Source: Desulfobacteraceae bacterium (GTDB lineage: Bacteria > Desulfobacterota > DSM-4660 > Desulfatiglandales > HGW-15). From it: a DNA stretch of 51,046 bases. Below, one piece after another: positions 26,070 to 36,800 of this stretch; positions within the stretch are counted from its first letter, which is position 1; each line of letters starts with the position of its first letter. The DNA lies in NCBI GenBank assembly GCA_050115555.1, contig JASFQI010000001.1:1-51046 (forward strand). The letters are read 5' to 3'. The notes beneath the pieces are model-generated. The model was not told where the DNA came from and did no database searches. It was given only the letters and a program-made list of their open reading frames with translations. Made by a program: the position numbers and the translations under genes.

Positions 26070-27854
26070 TCACTCCGTACCCTTTGTGTTCCCCATCAGG
26101 GCTTTCACCTCGTCGATCTTTTCTTGAATCGCCTCCGGCTTGGCATGATCGAGCTCCAGTGCCCTTTGGTAGGCCTTCAGGGCCTCTCCATGCCTGCCGT
26201 TCTTCAGGAAGGCGTCTCCGAGGTGCTCCGTAATGGTGGGATCTTCCGGTTGAAGCTCGGACGCACGCTGGATGTTCCGAAGGGCATCCTCGTATGCACC
26301 CTTCTGGTAGTAGACCCAACCCAGGGAATCGATGATGTATCCGCTTTCGGGTTTGATTCGAAGGGCATGCTCGATGAGCTCGAGGGCCTCGTCCAGGCGA
26401 ATGCCCTGTTCGGCGTACGTGTACCCGATGTAGTTCATGGCGTCGGCGTGCTCGGGTTCGAGTTCCAGGACCTTGTGCATCTGGGTCAAGGACGCTTCCT
26501 TCTGGCCGCTCTTGTCCAGGATGACTCCGAGCTTGAACACGAGTTCGGCATTCTTCGGGTCGCTCGACAGGGCTTCCTCAATGACCTCCAGGGCTTCCGC
26601 ATAGGCCTCCCGGCCCTCAAGAATCGAGGCAAGCATCAGGGAGAGCTCGCTTTTTTCACCGTCGATGCGGATGGCCTCCCGGAGCACGGCTTCGGCTTCC
26701 GCCGACTGGTCCTGGGTGTCCAGGATGTAAGCGATGTGCATTTGTGCATTTGCGAAGTACTCGGAGTCCTGCCCGATTTCCCGAAAGTTTTCCAGCGCGG
26801 CATCCAGGTCCCCTTGCTCTTCGTGGGCCGAGGCGAGGTAGTATCGGCTTTTGTCGTCGTTCGGCCAGGCCTTGACGATCATTTCGAGCTCGTGGATGGA
26901 TTCCTCCAGTCGCCCATGGCGGAGGTAGATGAGCCCCAGCGATTGGCGAATGCGTTCTCCGGGTTTGGACTGGCGTTTGATCGCCTCCATTTGTTTTTCG
27001 GCGTCGGAGTCCCTGCCGAGCTTGTAGTAGAGTTCGATGAGGCGTTCGCGGACGGTCATATTCACGGGATAGTAATCGATGAGGCGCTCGTAGATTTCAA
27101 CAGCCTTTTCGAATCGACCCTGCATCTGGTAGAGACTTCCCAGGTCGAACAGGGCCGGTTCCATCCGCTCGTTCAGGCGTAAGGCCTCCTGGTATGCCTC
27201 TTCGGATTTGGAGGGCTTCCCCATTTCCAGAAACACGCGCCCCCGGTAGTAATGGGCGATGACGAGGCTCGGGTCCTGCTCCGTTACTTTATCGAGCTGA
27301 TTCAGGGCCTCGTCGTAACGGCCTTTCTTGATCAGCAGGGTGATGAGGACCAGCCGGGCCCGCTTGTGCTGCGGCTCCAGATCGAGGGCTCGCTCATAGG
27401 CTCGGATGGCGGTTTCTTCCTCACCCAGCAGACCGGAGATCTCCGCAGCCAGCAGATGATGCTTTACGTTGTCCGGCTCGAGCGCCACACATCGCTGGGC
27501 AAACTCGAGCGCTTCGTTGAGCTTCTTTCTCTTTTTCAGGAGGAGGGCCATGCGCTGAAGCAGGAAGACGTCTCGAGGATTGGATTGAATGGCGTTTTCC
27601 AGGTGGGCTTGCGCTTCCTCATAGCGGCCGTGCGCACTGTGGAGGGCATAAAGGGCAAACTCTGCATAGGACCGGCGGATCGGATCCTTTTCCAGCGAAG
27701 CCGAGGGGCCGGCGATCGAGATCGAGGCGGGCCGTTCCTCCAGGGGAAAGGAGGGGCCTGTGTCACGGGTTCCCGCACAACCTCCTGCCAGCAGGAGAAG
27801 GGCCAATGCCGCGGTCATCCATACGTTACGTCGGTTCCATTGATTCTGGGGCAT
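26070..27854 (-). CDS. TPR-repeat lipoprotein
   Basis: Trimmed to the ATG at 27854 (MPQNQWNRRNVWMTAALALLLLAGGC, with lipobox). The rest consists of many consecutive TPR units (e.g. YYRGRVFLEMGKPSKSEEAYQEALRLNP). Confidence 0.8.
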   Translation of the reverse strand: MPQNQWNRRNVWMTAALALLLLAGGCAGTRDTGPSFPLEERPASISIAGPSASLEKDPIRRSYAEFALYALHSAHGRYEEAQAHLENAIQSNPRDVFLLQRMALLLKKRKKLNEALEFAQRCVALEPDNVKHHLLAAEISGLLGEEETAIRAYERALDLEPQHKRARLVLITLLIKKGRYDEALNQLDKVTEQDPSLVIAHYYRGRVFLEMGKPSKSEEAYQEALRLNERMEPALFDLGSLYQMQGRFEKAVEIYERLIDYYPVNMTVRERLIELYYKLGRDSDAEKQMEAIKRQSKPGERIRQSLGLIYLRHGRLEESIHELEMIVKAWPNDDKSRYYLASAHEEQGDLDAALENFREIGQDSEYFANAQMHIAYILDTQDQSAEAEAVLREAIRIDGEKSELSLMLASILEGREAYAEALEVIEEALSSDPKNAELVFKLGVILDKSGQKEASLTQMHKVLELEPEHADAMNYIGYTYAEQGIRLDEALELIEHALRIKPESGYIIDSLGWVYYQKGAYEDALRNIQRASELQPEDPTITEHLGDAFLKNGRHGEALKAYQRALELDHAKPEAIQEKIDEVKALMGNTKGTE

Positions 27855-28080
27855 GATTTCGAACTTCCCGGGAGCACCTGCACGGAGGGGCCGGAGGAGC
27901 TCCGAATCGGCCCGGGCTGCTTTCGGAAACAGCATCCCGGGGGTTCACAAAAGCTTACCTTCAAACGATAACACGAAAAACAGGCGTTCCCGCTTCACTG
28001 CCCACCCTTTGGGTGCTTCGAACGGAGGCTCCACCGGTCAAAGCCAAAGCCTGGGCCCCGGCTCGAACAGGTGAAGAGAT

Positions 28081-29079
28081 TCACACGAAATTCGAGAACT
28101 CCTCCTCAAAGTTGGGGATCTTCTCGCTCAGCCACGCCTTGATGTTTTTTACGATACGCTCCTGAATCTGGCGCACCCGCTCACGGGAAATTTCGTACTT
28201 GTCTCCGAGTTCCTGAAGTGTCAAGGGCGTTTCCGACATGATGCGGTTGTCGAAGATGTCCAACTCCTTTCCGGAGAGGGTTTCCCGAAAATGCTGGAGG
28301 TTTTCGAGCAACATCTCCCGACGTTCCACCCCCGAGATCTGATCGTCCGTAGCCTCGCCAGGGTCCGGAAGAAAGGATCCATACGCCTCCTTTGCGTCGT
28401 CACCGCCTACCGGGGCGTTCAAGGAGAGCTCTGCGCCGCCGAGGCGCTGGCTCATCTCCTCGATATCCTCCTCCCTCACGTCCAGTCGTTCAGCCAGGAG
28501 CCGGGTTTCCGGCACAAACCCCTGGGAGATCAGTTTTTCCTTTTCCTTCGCGAGGTTGAAAAAGAGCTTCCTTTGGGTCTGTGTCGTGCCGATCTTGACG
28601 AGCTTCCAGTTTTCCATGATGAACTTCAGAATGTAGGCCTTGATCCAGAAAGACGCATAGTAGGAGAACTTGATTCCCCGGTATGGATCGAATTTTCGAA
28701 TGGCCTGAAGGAGTCCCACGTTTCCTTCCTGGATGAGATCGAGAAGGCTTTTCGTCCAGTACCGGCTGAAGTCCATGGCGATCTTGACCACGAGACGCAG
28801 GTTCGAGGTCACGAGGCGGTAAGCGGCTTGCTGATCATCCTTTTCCTGGTACCGAATGGTCAGATCCACTTCCTCTTCTCGTGTGAGGAGTCGGTAGTTC
28901 TTGATCTCGAGGAGGTAGAGTTGAAGTGGATCATAGGGGACAAGAGCCCGGTCTTCCGGCTGAACCACAGGCGCGAGGTCCGGTCTGGGTTCGTCGTCAT
29001 CCCGGGCATCGGGCGTTTCTTTCTGCACCGGATCGAACGCCTCCTTGCTGTCCCGTTTTTTGTTCTTTTTCTTTGCCAT
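28081..29079 (-). CDS. rpoH: RNA polymerase sigma-32-like factor (RpoH family)
   Basis: Sigma-70 regions 2-4 are present (LIQEGNVGLLQAIRKFDP, LQELGDKYEISRERVRQIQ), together with an RpoH-box-like TQTQRKLFFNLAKEK. Start ATG at 29079 (MAKKKNKKRD). Confidence 0.8.
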   Translation of the reverse strand: MAKKKNKKRDSKEAFDPVQKETPDARDDDEPRPDLAPVVQPEDRALVPYDPLQLYLLEIKNYRLLTREEEVDLTIRYQEKDDQQAAYRLVTSNLRLVVKIAMDFSRYWTKSLLDLIQEGNVGLLQAIRKFDPYRGIKFSYYASFWIKAYILKFIMENWKLVKIGTTQTQRKLFFNLAKEKEKLISQGFVPETRLLAERLDVREEDIEEMSQRLGGAELSLNAPVGGDDAKEAYGSFLPDPGEATDDQISGVERREMLLENLQHFRETLSGKELDIFDNRIMSETPLTLQELGDKYEISRERVRQIQERIVKNIKAWLSEKIPNFEEEFSNFV

Positions 29080-29212
29080 GCACCCACCCCGACGGCTCCG
29101 CAAGGAGGCCGTACGGTGCCTTGCGCCTTAAGCCGCATCGCCCGCGCCGGCACGTGCAGCTACACCCGGGCAGATTCGTTCCCGGGTTTTCAGCCCGCCT
29201 TTGACGAGTCTG

Positions 29213-30475
29213 CTAGCCGGTCCCGGCCTGATCGGGCGTTGTCGGAACGACCCTCACATAACGCTTTTTCCCGGCCCGAAGCAGAATGCCGCCGCCATTC
29301 AGAGCGAGGGTGTCGATCCTTTGATCAAACACGTTCAGACGCTCATTATTGACGTATCCGCCTCCTTGACTGATGAGCCTGCGCGCCTCTCCCCGGGTTT
29401 TACAGAGGCCGGACATCTCGAAAAGAATGTAGGCGGGGACTCCCTCCTGGAGTTTTTCCCGGTCGATTCCGGTCGTGGGAATGGACTCAGCATCGGATGC
29501 TCCATCCCCGAATAGGTTGCGGGAAGCGTTTCGGGCCTGCTCCGCCTCCTTCTCCCCGTGGCAGAGCTTTGTCGCCTCAAAGGCAAGCACTTCCTTGGCG
29601 GCCCTCAAATCCGCTCCCTTTCGCGACCCCAGTTCTTCGACCTCGTTCATGGGAAGGAACGTGAAAAGGGCCAGAAAGCGTTTCACGTCCGCGTCGTCCT
29701 GATTCATCCAGTACTGGTAGTAGTCATACGGGGACGTAAGTTCCGGATCGAGCCACACCGCGCCTTCGTGCGTTTTCCCCATCTTGGTGCCGGACGCCGT
29801 TGTAATCAGGGGGAAGGTGATGCCGTAAGCGTTTCCCCCTTCCACGCGGCGAATGAGATCCGTCCCTGCCACGATGTTACCCCACTGGTCGCTTCCCCCC
29901 ATTTGAATGCGGCAGTCGAGCGTTCGGAAAAGGTGGAGAAAATCATAGGACTGGAGCAGCATGTAGTTGAACTCGATGAAGCTCAGCCCGGTCTCGAGCC
30001 GCATGCGATAGCTCTCGGCTGTGAGCATCCGGTTGACACTGAAGTGTCGGCCTATGTCCCTGAGGAAGTCGATGTAGTTCAGCTTCACGAGCCAGTCGGC
30101 ATTGTTGGCCATGATGGCCCGATCCTCGCTGAAGTCGAGGAACCGCGAGAGCTGTTTTTTGATGCCCACCGCGTTTTCTTCGATTTCCTCGCGGCTCATG
30201 ATTCGTCGCATCTCCGTCTTACCGCTCGGGTCTCCCACCAGCGCGGTACCACCTCCCACCAGGGCGATGGGCCGGTGTCCTGCACGCTGCATATGAGCCA
30301 GCGACATGATGGGGACAAGGCTTCCCAGATGCAGGCTCTTTGCCGTAGGGTCGAATCCGATGTAACACGTCACGGGCCTTTCAAGCAGTGTACGAACGGC
30401 ATCCGGGTCGGTGACCTGCTCGATGAAACCCCGTTCTTCAAAGGTATCCAACACGTTGTTCACGGTGTACCTCAA
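29213..30475 (-). CDS. tyrS: Tyrosine--tRNA ligase
   Basis: Motifs: CYIGFDPTAKSLHLGSLVP (HIGH-type), KMGKT (KMSKS-type), and a C-terminal S4 domain. The TTG start at 30475 overlaps the upstream TGA (TTGA). GTG at 30463 is an alternative start. Confidence 0.93.
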   Translation of the reverse strand: MRYTVNNVLDTFEERGFIEQVTDPDAVRTLLERPVTCYIGFDPTAKSLHLGSLVPIMSLAHMQRAGHRPIALVGGGTALVGDPSGKTEMRRIMSREEIEENAVGIKKQLSRFLDFSEDRAIMANNADWLVKLNYIDFLRDIGRHFSVNRMLTAESYRMRLETGLSFIEFNYMLLQSYDFLHLFRTLDCRIQMGGSDQWGNIVAGTDLIRRVEGGNAYGITFPLITTASGTKMGKTHEGAVWLDPELTSPYDYYQYWMNQDDADVKRFLALFTFLPMNEVEELGSRKGADLRAAKEVLAFEATKLCHGEKEAEQARNASRNLFGDGASDAESIPTTGIDREKLQEGVPAYILFEMSGLCKTRGEARRLISQGGGYVNNERLNVFDQRIDTLALNGGGILLRAGKKRYVRVVPTTPDQAGTG

Positions 30476-31458
30476 TCGTTTCGGTTTGGTGATACGTCTG
30501 ATGTTTCCACGTCCCCGGGGAGCTGCACGCGAACGACCTGCCCCGGTTTTCCGAGATTTTCCAAGCTATTTCCGTCAAAATACAGCACAATTCCACTGGC
30601 ATTCCCAATCAGGAGGTTGAAGGATTCCTTCGCCACCCAGCGGGGGTGACTTCCGGATTCAAAAAGAAAGTTTGTGGGCTCTTCCCCGTCGATCGAGACC
30701 TGCACCCAGGTGCGCTGCCGCACGTCGGCCTCGAGCACGAGCATTTCCTCGGGAACTGCATCCCCTTCGGTGGCGGGAAGAGAGGAATGAAAATTCTCCG
30801 GCAACGGAGCCGGCTCGGCCGCTCTCATTTCCGCGGCCTCACTCTCCACCAGGGGCTCTATCGGGACCGGGAATGTTTCCTTCACGCCCCCAGGCATCTT
30901 TTCTGCTTGAGAACGCACGGGCGCGGGCTTTTTATCGATCGAAGCGTCGCGAAGATCCTGCTGCGTCTTCTCTTCGGTCGCCGTGCTCTTTTCACGCGGC
31001 AAAGGCCACTCCGGCGCGGGATGGCCTTGCCACAAATAAAGCAGGATACCGGCCAGAACCCCCAAAAGCAGGATCAGGAGGATTCGCCGCCCTCGGCCGG
31101 TTTTTTCGGGCTCCAGCAGAGGCCGGGGAACCGAGGGTTCGAGCGGCCGGGCCTGATCGTACAGGGCGAGTACCCGCTGCTCGTCCAGACCGAGGGCCCG
31201 GGCGTAAGATCGAACAAAACCTCTCACGAAGACCGGGGCCGGCAGCTCGTCCCATGCCTCCTTTTCGATGGCTCGAAGAAAGGGCTCCCGAAGCCGTGTC
31301 ATGCGAGCTACCTGCGGAAAATCCAAGCTTCGGTTGCGCCGCTCTTCTCGAAGAAGAGCCCCAACCCCCGACGCTTTCGGGAGTTCCTGTTCGCCTTTCC
31401 CTTTTCCTGTCCTGTTTTTCCGTTCCGATTCCGCCATGAGGGCTTGCGATATCTCCAT
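30472..31458 (-). CDS. rodZ: RodZ-like protein (HTH + TM + DUF4115-type C-terminus)
   Basis: An N-terminal HTH-like region (LREERRNRSLDFPQVARMTRLREPFLRAIE) is followed by a single TM segment (ILLILLLGVLAGILLYLW) and a C-terminal beta domain (VLEADVRQRTWVQVSIDGEE..NLLIGNASGIVLYFDG). Start at 31458 or 31437. Confidence 0.7.
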   Translation of the reverse strand: MEISQALMAESERKNRTGKGKGEQELPKASGVGALLREERRNRSLDFPQVARMTRLREPFLRAIEKEAWDELPAPVFVRGFVRSYARALGLDEQRVLALYDQARPLEPSVPRPLLEPEKTGRGRRILLILLLGVLAGILLYLWQGHPAPEWPLPREKSTATEEKTQQDLRDASIDKKPAPVRSQAEKMPGGVKETFPVPIEPLVESEAAEMRAAEPAPLPENFHSSLPATEGDAVPEEMLVLEADVRQRTWVQVSIDGEEPTNFLFESGSHPRWVAKESFNLLIGNASGIVLYFDGNSLENLGKPGQVVRVQLPGDVETSDVSPNRND

Positions 31459-31531
31459 TTTTCATTGTGCAGGGCGCATACCCGCAGAGAAGACTCAGCG
31501 CATTGTTTCGAAAACACAACGACGTGTTTCT

Positions 31532-31603
31532 TTCACCACAGAGAGCACAGAGGTCACAGAGAGAGGAAAGGAAAGAGTTTGTTCTCTGCGCGGTGTGGTT
31601 GAA
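31532..31603. repeat. 'cacagag' imperfect palindromic repeat
   Basis: ttcaccacagagagcacagaggtcacagagagagg (31532-31565) faces an imperfect inverted partner, ttctctgcgcggtgtggttgaa (31582-31603), in the surA-rodZ spacer. Confidence 0.45.
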
Positions 31604-31676
31604 CGAAACCGCAAAATGTCATCGTATTGACTCAGCTGAGCCCAAAAATCATTGATGGCTTGGCAATGGGCACGAG

Positions 31677-32657
31677 CTAGAAGAGAATTTTCGTGTATGT
31701 CTCCTTTCTGAGCTCCTGAATCCAGGCGGCATAGCGCCGGTCGATTTCTTCATTCATAAGGATTCGGCGAATGGTCGGACGGGCTCTCTCGAGCGGCTGG
31801 ACTCCGCTTCCACCCTTGCTGATCACGCGTATGATCTGGATACCGTTGGCTGTAATGATGAGGTCGCTGATCTCCCCCTCCGGTGTTTCCTCGATACTCC
31901 GGCGGATTACGGGGTCCAACTGGCTCGGATCGAATCGACCCAGGTAGCCTCCCTGTCTTGCTCCAGGGCCTTCGGAGTGTTGCCGCGCCATGGTCGAAAA
32001 GTCCGCACCATTGCGAAGTGCTTCGAGGATTTTCTCTGCCTTTTCTTGGACTTTATTTGAACTTCCGGCATTATTTGAGGCGTTCTTAGGGAGAAAGATC
32101 GAGGCGAGTTCAACACCTTGCTTCCGCTGAAAGCGCTCTTTATGTTCCTGATAATAGGTTTCAATTTGCTCTTCTCGAATAATAATTTTGGATTTTACTT
32201 CATAATTGATCAGTCTTTGTTTTTGAAGATCCTCTTTTACGGTTTTTCGATACTCATCCATGCGCAATCCTCTGGATTGGAGCATGGCAAGGAGTTCTTT
32301 CCTATTCCACTGGTTGTCTTCCATGATTTTTTGGATGGCTTCATCGATCTCTTTTTCATAAATCTCGATCCCTAATTCGTTGATTCTTTTTTGGGCAATC
32401 CGGTCATCAATAATGAGAGCCAATACCTTCTCGCGTACTTTTTGATACTCCGGCGGGTTTCTTCGTCGGATGGTCTCCGCATCCACGCCCGTGAGTGCTT
32501 TGATCTTCTTGTCAAGCTCATGGAGGGTGATCACATCGTCGTTGACTATGGCCACGAGGCGATTACAGGTTTCGCCACGGGCCGAATTGCACACGGTGCC
32601 CTGGCCCAGCGCCAGCACCCAGAAACAGATGACTCCCAAGAAAAGGCGGCGGATCAT
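31677..32657 (-). CDS. surA: SurA-like periplasmic chaperone / parvulin PPIase
   Basis: Signal peptide, then a SurA-N-like region (RLVAIVNDDVITLHELDKKI), then a parvulin domain (GGYLGRFDPSQLDPVIRRSIEE..GEISDLIITANGIQIIRV). Confidence 0.8.
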   Translation of the reverse strand: MIRRLFLGVICFWVLALGQGTVCNSARGETCNRLVAIVNDDVITLHELDKKIKALTGVDAETIRRRNPPEYQKVREKVLALIIDDRIAQKRINELGIEIYEKEIDEAIQKIMEDNQWNRKELLAMLQSRGLRMDEYRKTVKEDLQKQRLINYEVKSKIIIREEQIETYYQEHKERFQRKQGVELASIFLPKNASNNAGSSNKVQEKAEKILEALRNGADFSTMARQHSEGPGARQGGYLGRFDPSQLDPVIRRSIEETPEGEISDLIITANGIQIIRVISKGGSGVQPLERARPTIRRILMNEEIDRRYAAWIQELRKETYTKILF

Positions 32658-33596
32658 TTATCCGATCTCCATCTGATTGATTACGTCCCGGTCGACCTGC
32701 ACGGGGTATTGGGTTTTCAATTCATCGAGCCAGCGCTGGTAGAAGATCTCCCGATTTCGGGAAGTGAGTCGTCGCTCGATGTCCTTGACCACTTCAGGCA
32801 GAGGTTGCACCCCGGCCGGCCGCTTTTCAGTGATCTCGATCACGTGAAAACCGTATGGCGTGCGTACCGGCTTTTTGCTCAACCCCAAGGGCAGGTCGAA
32901 GAGTGCCTTTGCGAATGTCTCCTCCAGTTCGCTCTTGTCGGTCCAGCGCTCCGGCATCACGACGACCTGTTCAAAGGTGTCGGTCTTTTCGTGGATCAGG
33001 TCCTTCAGCCCCTCTCCTTTGTTTGCCTGTTCGAGGATCGCTTCGGCTTCCTCGGAGGTCCCGGCGATGATCTGCCTGTACCGGAGCATGGCTGGGCGGC
33101 GATACGTGTCCTGATGCTGATCATAGTACCGCTGGATTTCCTGAAAGGGAACGGGTTGTACGGCTTCCATCCCTTTGTCGATGATTTTACGAAGGAGGAG
33201 CTGCTCCCGCAGGTGCTCCTTCCACGATTCGAAGTCCACATACCGTTCCAGTAACATTTCCTGGAACTGGGACTCGGAGGCGTAATCGTCCTTGATTTCA
33301 CGGATGGCTGCGCCGAGTTCCACCGGTTGGACCGTGATTCGGTGGTCCTCTCCATAGGCCAGGAGGAGATACCGCTCCAGGAGCCTGTCCACGAGGTGGT
33401 CGAAAACAGGCCTGATCTCATCCTCGCTCAAGCCCATGTCGTTTCCAAGGGCCTCGATGTCCTCCTGAACCATGCTCAGTCGGATCCGATGCTTTCCAAC
33501 CTGTATGGCGACCCGGTCCCGTGTCCCAACCAGGGCATCGCAGGCTCCCAGCCAAACGGGTAGAAAAAGGATGCAAAAAACGGCTCGTGCGACCAT
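32658..33596 (-). CDS. Parvulin-type PPIase lipoprotein (PpiD/SurA-like)
   Basis: Trimmed to the ATG at 33596 (MVARAVFCILFLPVWLGAC, with lipobox). The C-terminal rotamase region is KKPVRTPYGFHVIEI. Its stop abuts the surA start. Confidence 0.7.
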   Translation of the reverse strand: MVARAVFCILFLPVWLGACDALVGTRDRVAIQVGKHRIRLSMVQEDIEALGNDMGLSEDEIRPVFDHLVDRLLERYLLLAYGEDHRITVQPVELGAAIREIKDDYASESQFQEMLLERYVDFESWKEHLREQLLLRKIIDKGMEAVQPVPFQEIQRYYDQHQDTYRRPAMLRYRQIIAGTSEEAEAILEQANKGEGLKDLIHEKTDTFEQVVVMPERWTDKSELEETFAKALFDLPLGLSKKPVRTPYGFHVIEITEKRPAGVQPLPEVVKDIERRLTSRNREIFYQRWLDELKTQYPVQVDRDVINQMEIG

Positions 33597-33879
33597 GCGA
33601 GATCCTGCTCCAGCGGCCTCCGTTTTTGTCGACATTCCTGCTTCGAACACGGAGGCATAGGATGACTCCGGAATTCCCGAAGGCTTTTCAGGGAGATTTA
33701 CATATATGACTTCAAAACACCAAAAAAGTTCCAAGTCTTCTACACTACCAACAAAAAAGGAAAATGCAAGCACAATCTGTGGCCCCCGCTGACCTTCAAC
33801 CCCTTGAAATCAAAACGTATTGAGGGTAAATCATCGGTTCGAAAAACACGCCGCGTGCAAGGACGGGAGGGACGGCAGG

Positions 33880-36800
33880 TCACGAACCGGCGGGCGGCTC
33901 GAGGCCCTGGAGCAGGGTTCGCAGCTCGTCCAGGGCGTCACGGGGCCCCGGGGCGTTCGGTCGAATACGCAGCTTGTTTCCGGACGAGAACCGCATCGTT
34001 CGAGGATTCGCTTCCACCAGTCGAACGAGGGACTCCGCGCTCACCTCCGTGTCCGCGGCAAAGGTGAGGTTCAAGGCCTTCCGCGTGATTTCGAGCCGCT
34101 CGATCCGAAGGCGCTTCATGAGGAGACGGACGGACATGAGCCGGAGGAGGTTGTCCACCTCTCGTGGAAGGGATCCGAATCGATCCTTCATCTCGGAGGT
34201 CAGGCTTTCCAGCTCTTCGCTTTCCTTCAGCGAGGACAGCCGGCGGTAAAGATTCAGGCGAACATCCGGATCGGAGACGTAGGTCTCGAGGAGATATGCC
34301 GAGAGGTTCACGTGGATTTCAGGGTTGATTTCCTCCCGCCACTCCTCTCCCTTGAGCTCGGAGACCGCCTCTTCGATCAGCCGGACGTATAGCTCGTAGC
34401 CCACGGCCGCGATGTGGCCGGACTGGCTGAACCCCAGGATGTTTCCTCCACCGCGAATTTTCAGGTCGTGGAGCGCAAGGTGCAGTCCTGCACCCAGCTG
34501 CGAGAAGTCCATGAGGGCCTTGAGACGTTTGACGGCTTCCCGGGTCATCCGGGATGCATCCGAGAGGAGGAGGTAGGCGTATGCGGTTTGGTTCGAGCGC
34601 CCGACCCGGCCGCGAAGCTGGTAGATCTGGGCGAGACCGAACCGGTCCGCTTCATGAAGGATGATGGTGTTTGCCGACGGAATGTCCAGTCCCGACTCGA
34701 TGATGGTGGTGCAGACGAGTACGTCGACTTCTTTTCGAAGAAAGCGGATCATGGTGTCCTCGAGCTCGCGTTCCTTCATCTGTCCGTGACCCACGGCGAT
34801 GCGCGCCCGGGGCAGGAGGGACTGGATTCGTTCGGCCATGAAATCGATGGATTGGACACGGTTGTGCACGAAGAAGACCTGCCCTCCCCGATCGATCTCG
34901 TGCTCCACTGCATGGATGATGGTGGCCTCGTCATAAGGGACGATATAGGTCTGAATGGCCTGGCGGTCTTCTGGTGGGGTCTCGATGACGCTCAGGTCAC
35001 GGACGCCCATGAGAGAGAGGTGAAGGGTCCTCGGAATGGGCGTGGCGGCCAGGGAGAGGACGTCCACCAGGGCACGGTACTTCTTCAATCCTTCTTTCTG
35101 CTTGACACCGAAGCGCTGTTCCTCGTCTACGATCAGCAGCCCCAGATCACGGAAGCTCACGTCTTTTTGAAGGAGTCGATGGGTCCCGATGAGAATGTCG
35201 AGCTTTCCAGAGCGGGCCTGTGCCACGAGCGCCTGCTGCTCGGAGCGGCTCTTGAATCGGCTGAGGACGCCCACCCGGACCCCGTAAGGATCCATGCGGT
35301 TGCGAAACGTCTCGTAGTGCTGCTCGGCCAGGACGGTCGTGGGGACCAGCATGGCGACCTGCTTGCCTTCGTTCACCGCCTTGAATGCGGCCCGAATCGC
35401 CACCTCGGTTTTTCCGAAACCCACATCCCCACAGATGAGGCGATCCATGGGACGTTCGCTCTGCATGTCCTCGAGAACGCTGTCGATAGCCCTGGCCTGA
35501 TCCGGGGTCTCCTCGTGCTCGAAGGTGGCCTCGAATTCCCGGAAGGTGTTGTCCGGCGGACCGTAGGCGTATCCCTGACGATAGCTTCGAAGGGCATACA
35601 GCTCCACGAGCTGCCTCGCGATTTCGCGCACGGATTTTCGCGCCTTTCGCTTGGCCACGTCCCACGATCTCCCGCCGAGACGGTCGATTTTCGGGGTCTG
35701 CTCGTCTGCACCGATGTACTTCTGAAGGATGCTGATCCGGTCGGCCGGCACGTATAGGCGATCGCCCCCTTCGTACTCCACGATCACGAAGTCGTTCGCT
35801 TTTCCGGCAACTTCCATTTTTTGGAGGCCGCCGTACCGGCCGATCCCGTGCTCTTCGTGCACGACCGGCTCTCCGAGCTGAAGCTGGCTGAAGGACGTCC
35901 AGTTCAGTCCTTCCACTCCAGGGCCCTTCTTGGGGGCCGCTCTGGATCGCTTGGGCCCGAAGATCTCGTCTTCGCTTACCACATGAAGGCCCTGCTCCGG
36001 CCAGGCAAACCCGCGGGAAAGTCTTCCCAGACAAAGGCTCACACCCTTTCCGTCCGGGATCGCTTGCCACCCGTCCATAACGCCGTCTGCATGGATCCGG
36101 TAGTTGGCCAGGATTTCCATCAGCCGGCCGGCTTGCTGTTCGGTCCGGGAGACCAGCACCACCCTGGATCCGTGTTGGAGCCACTGCTCGATTTTTTCGG
36201 CCAGCGGTGCCAGGGAAACCCTCCCTTTCCCTTCCAGCCGAAGGTCCAGGGTGTCCTCGATGGCGGAAATGCCCTCCAGGGGGAATATCTCCGCATCGGA
36301 GTCCGCCGCATCGATCCGGAGTTCAAGAAAGTCGAGGTATCTCGGTTGCGGGCCCGCTTTCAGCTGGGCCGCAGGACTTACCAGGAGACCGTCAATCTCG
36401 GGAAACGGCTGCTCTCGTTCCTCGGCGTCACGGCGATAGCGTTCGGCGTCTCGCTGATACTTGGCCACGAATCGATCGGCCTCGGCCGTGATCTCGGCCG
36501 GATCCATGCGCACGGCCCTCCCGTTTTCCGGGAGATAATCGAGGAGCGTGTCCAATCGATCGTAGAAGTGGTTGAGCCAGGCTTCCTGGCCGGGAAATCC
36601 GCCGCCTTCCTTCATTTCCGCAGGAAGGCGTCCCATGGATCGGGCGCGCTCGACCGATGCGGCGCTCCAGAGGATTTCCGACGCCGGCAGCAGGATCAGT
36701 TCGTTCAGGGGCCCGGTGGAGCGCTGGGAAAGGGGATCAAAGGTGCGCATGGACTCCAGCCGGTCTCCCCAGAACTCCAGTCGGACAGGCTCCCTCAGAA

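Noticed and set aside
25933-26319. Long N-terminal extension of the lipoprotein ORF (track start 26319), overlapping the 3' end of the TPR gene.
   Set aside because: The extension is low-complexity Arg/Gly/Pro sequence overlapping a well-supported gene. A canonical signal peptide and lipobox follow the internal ATG at 25932.
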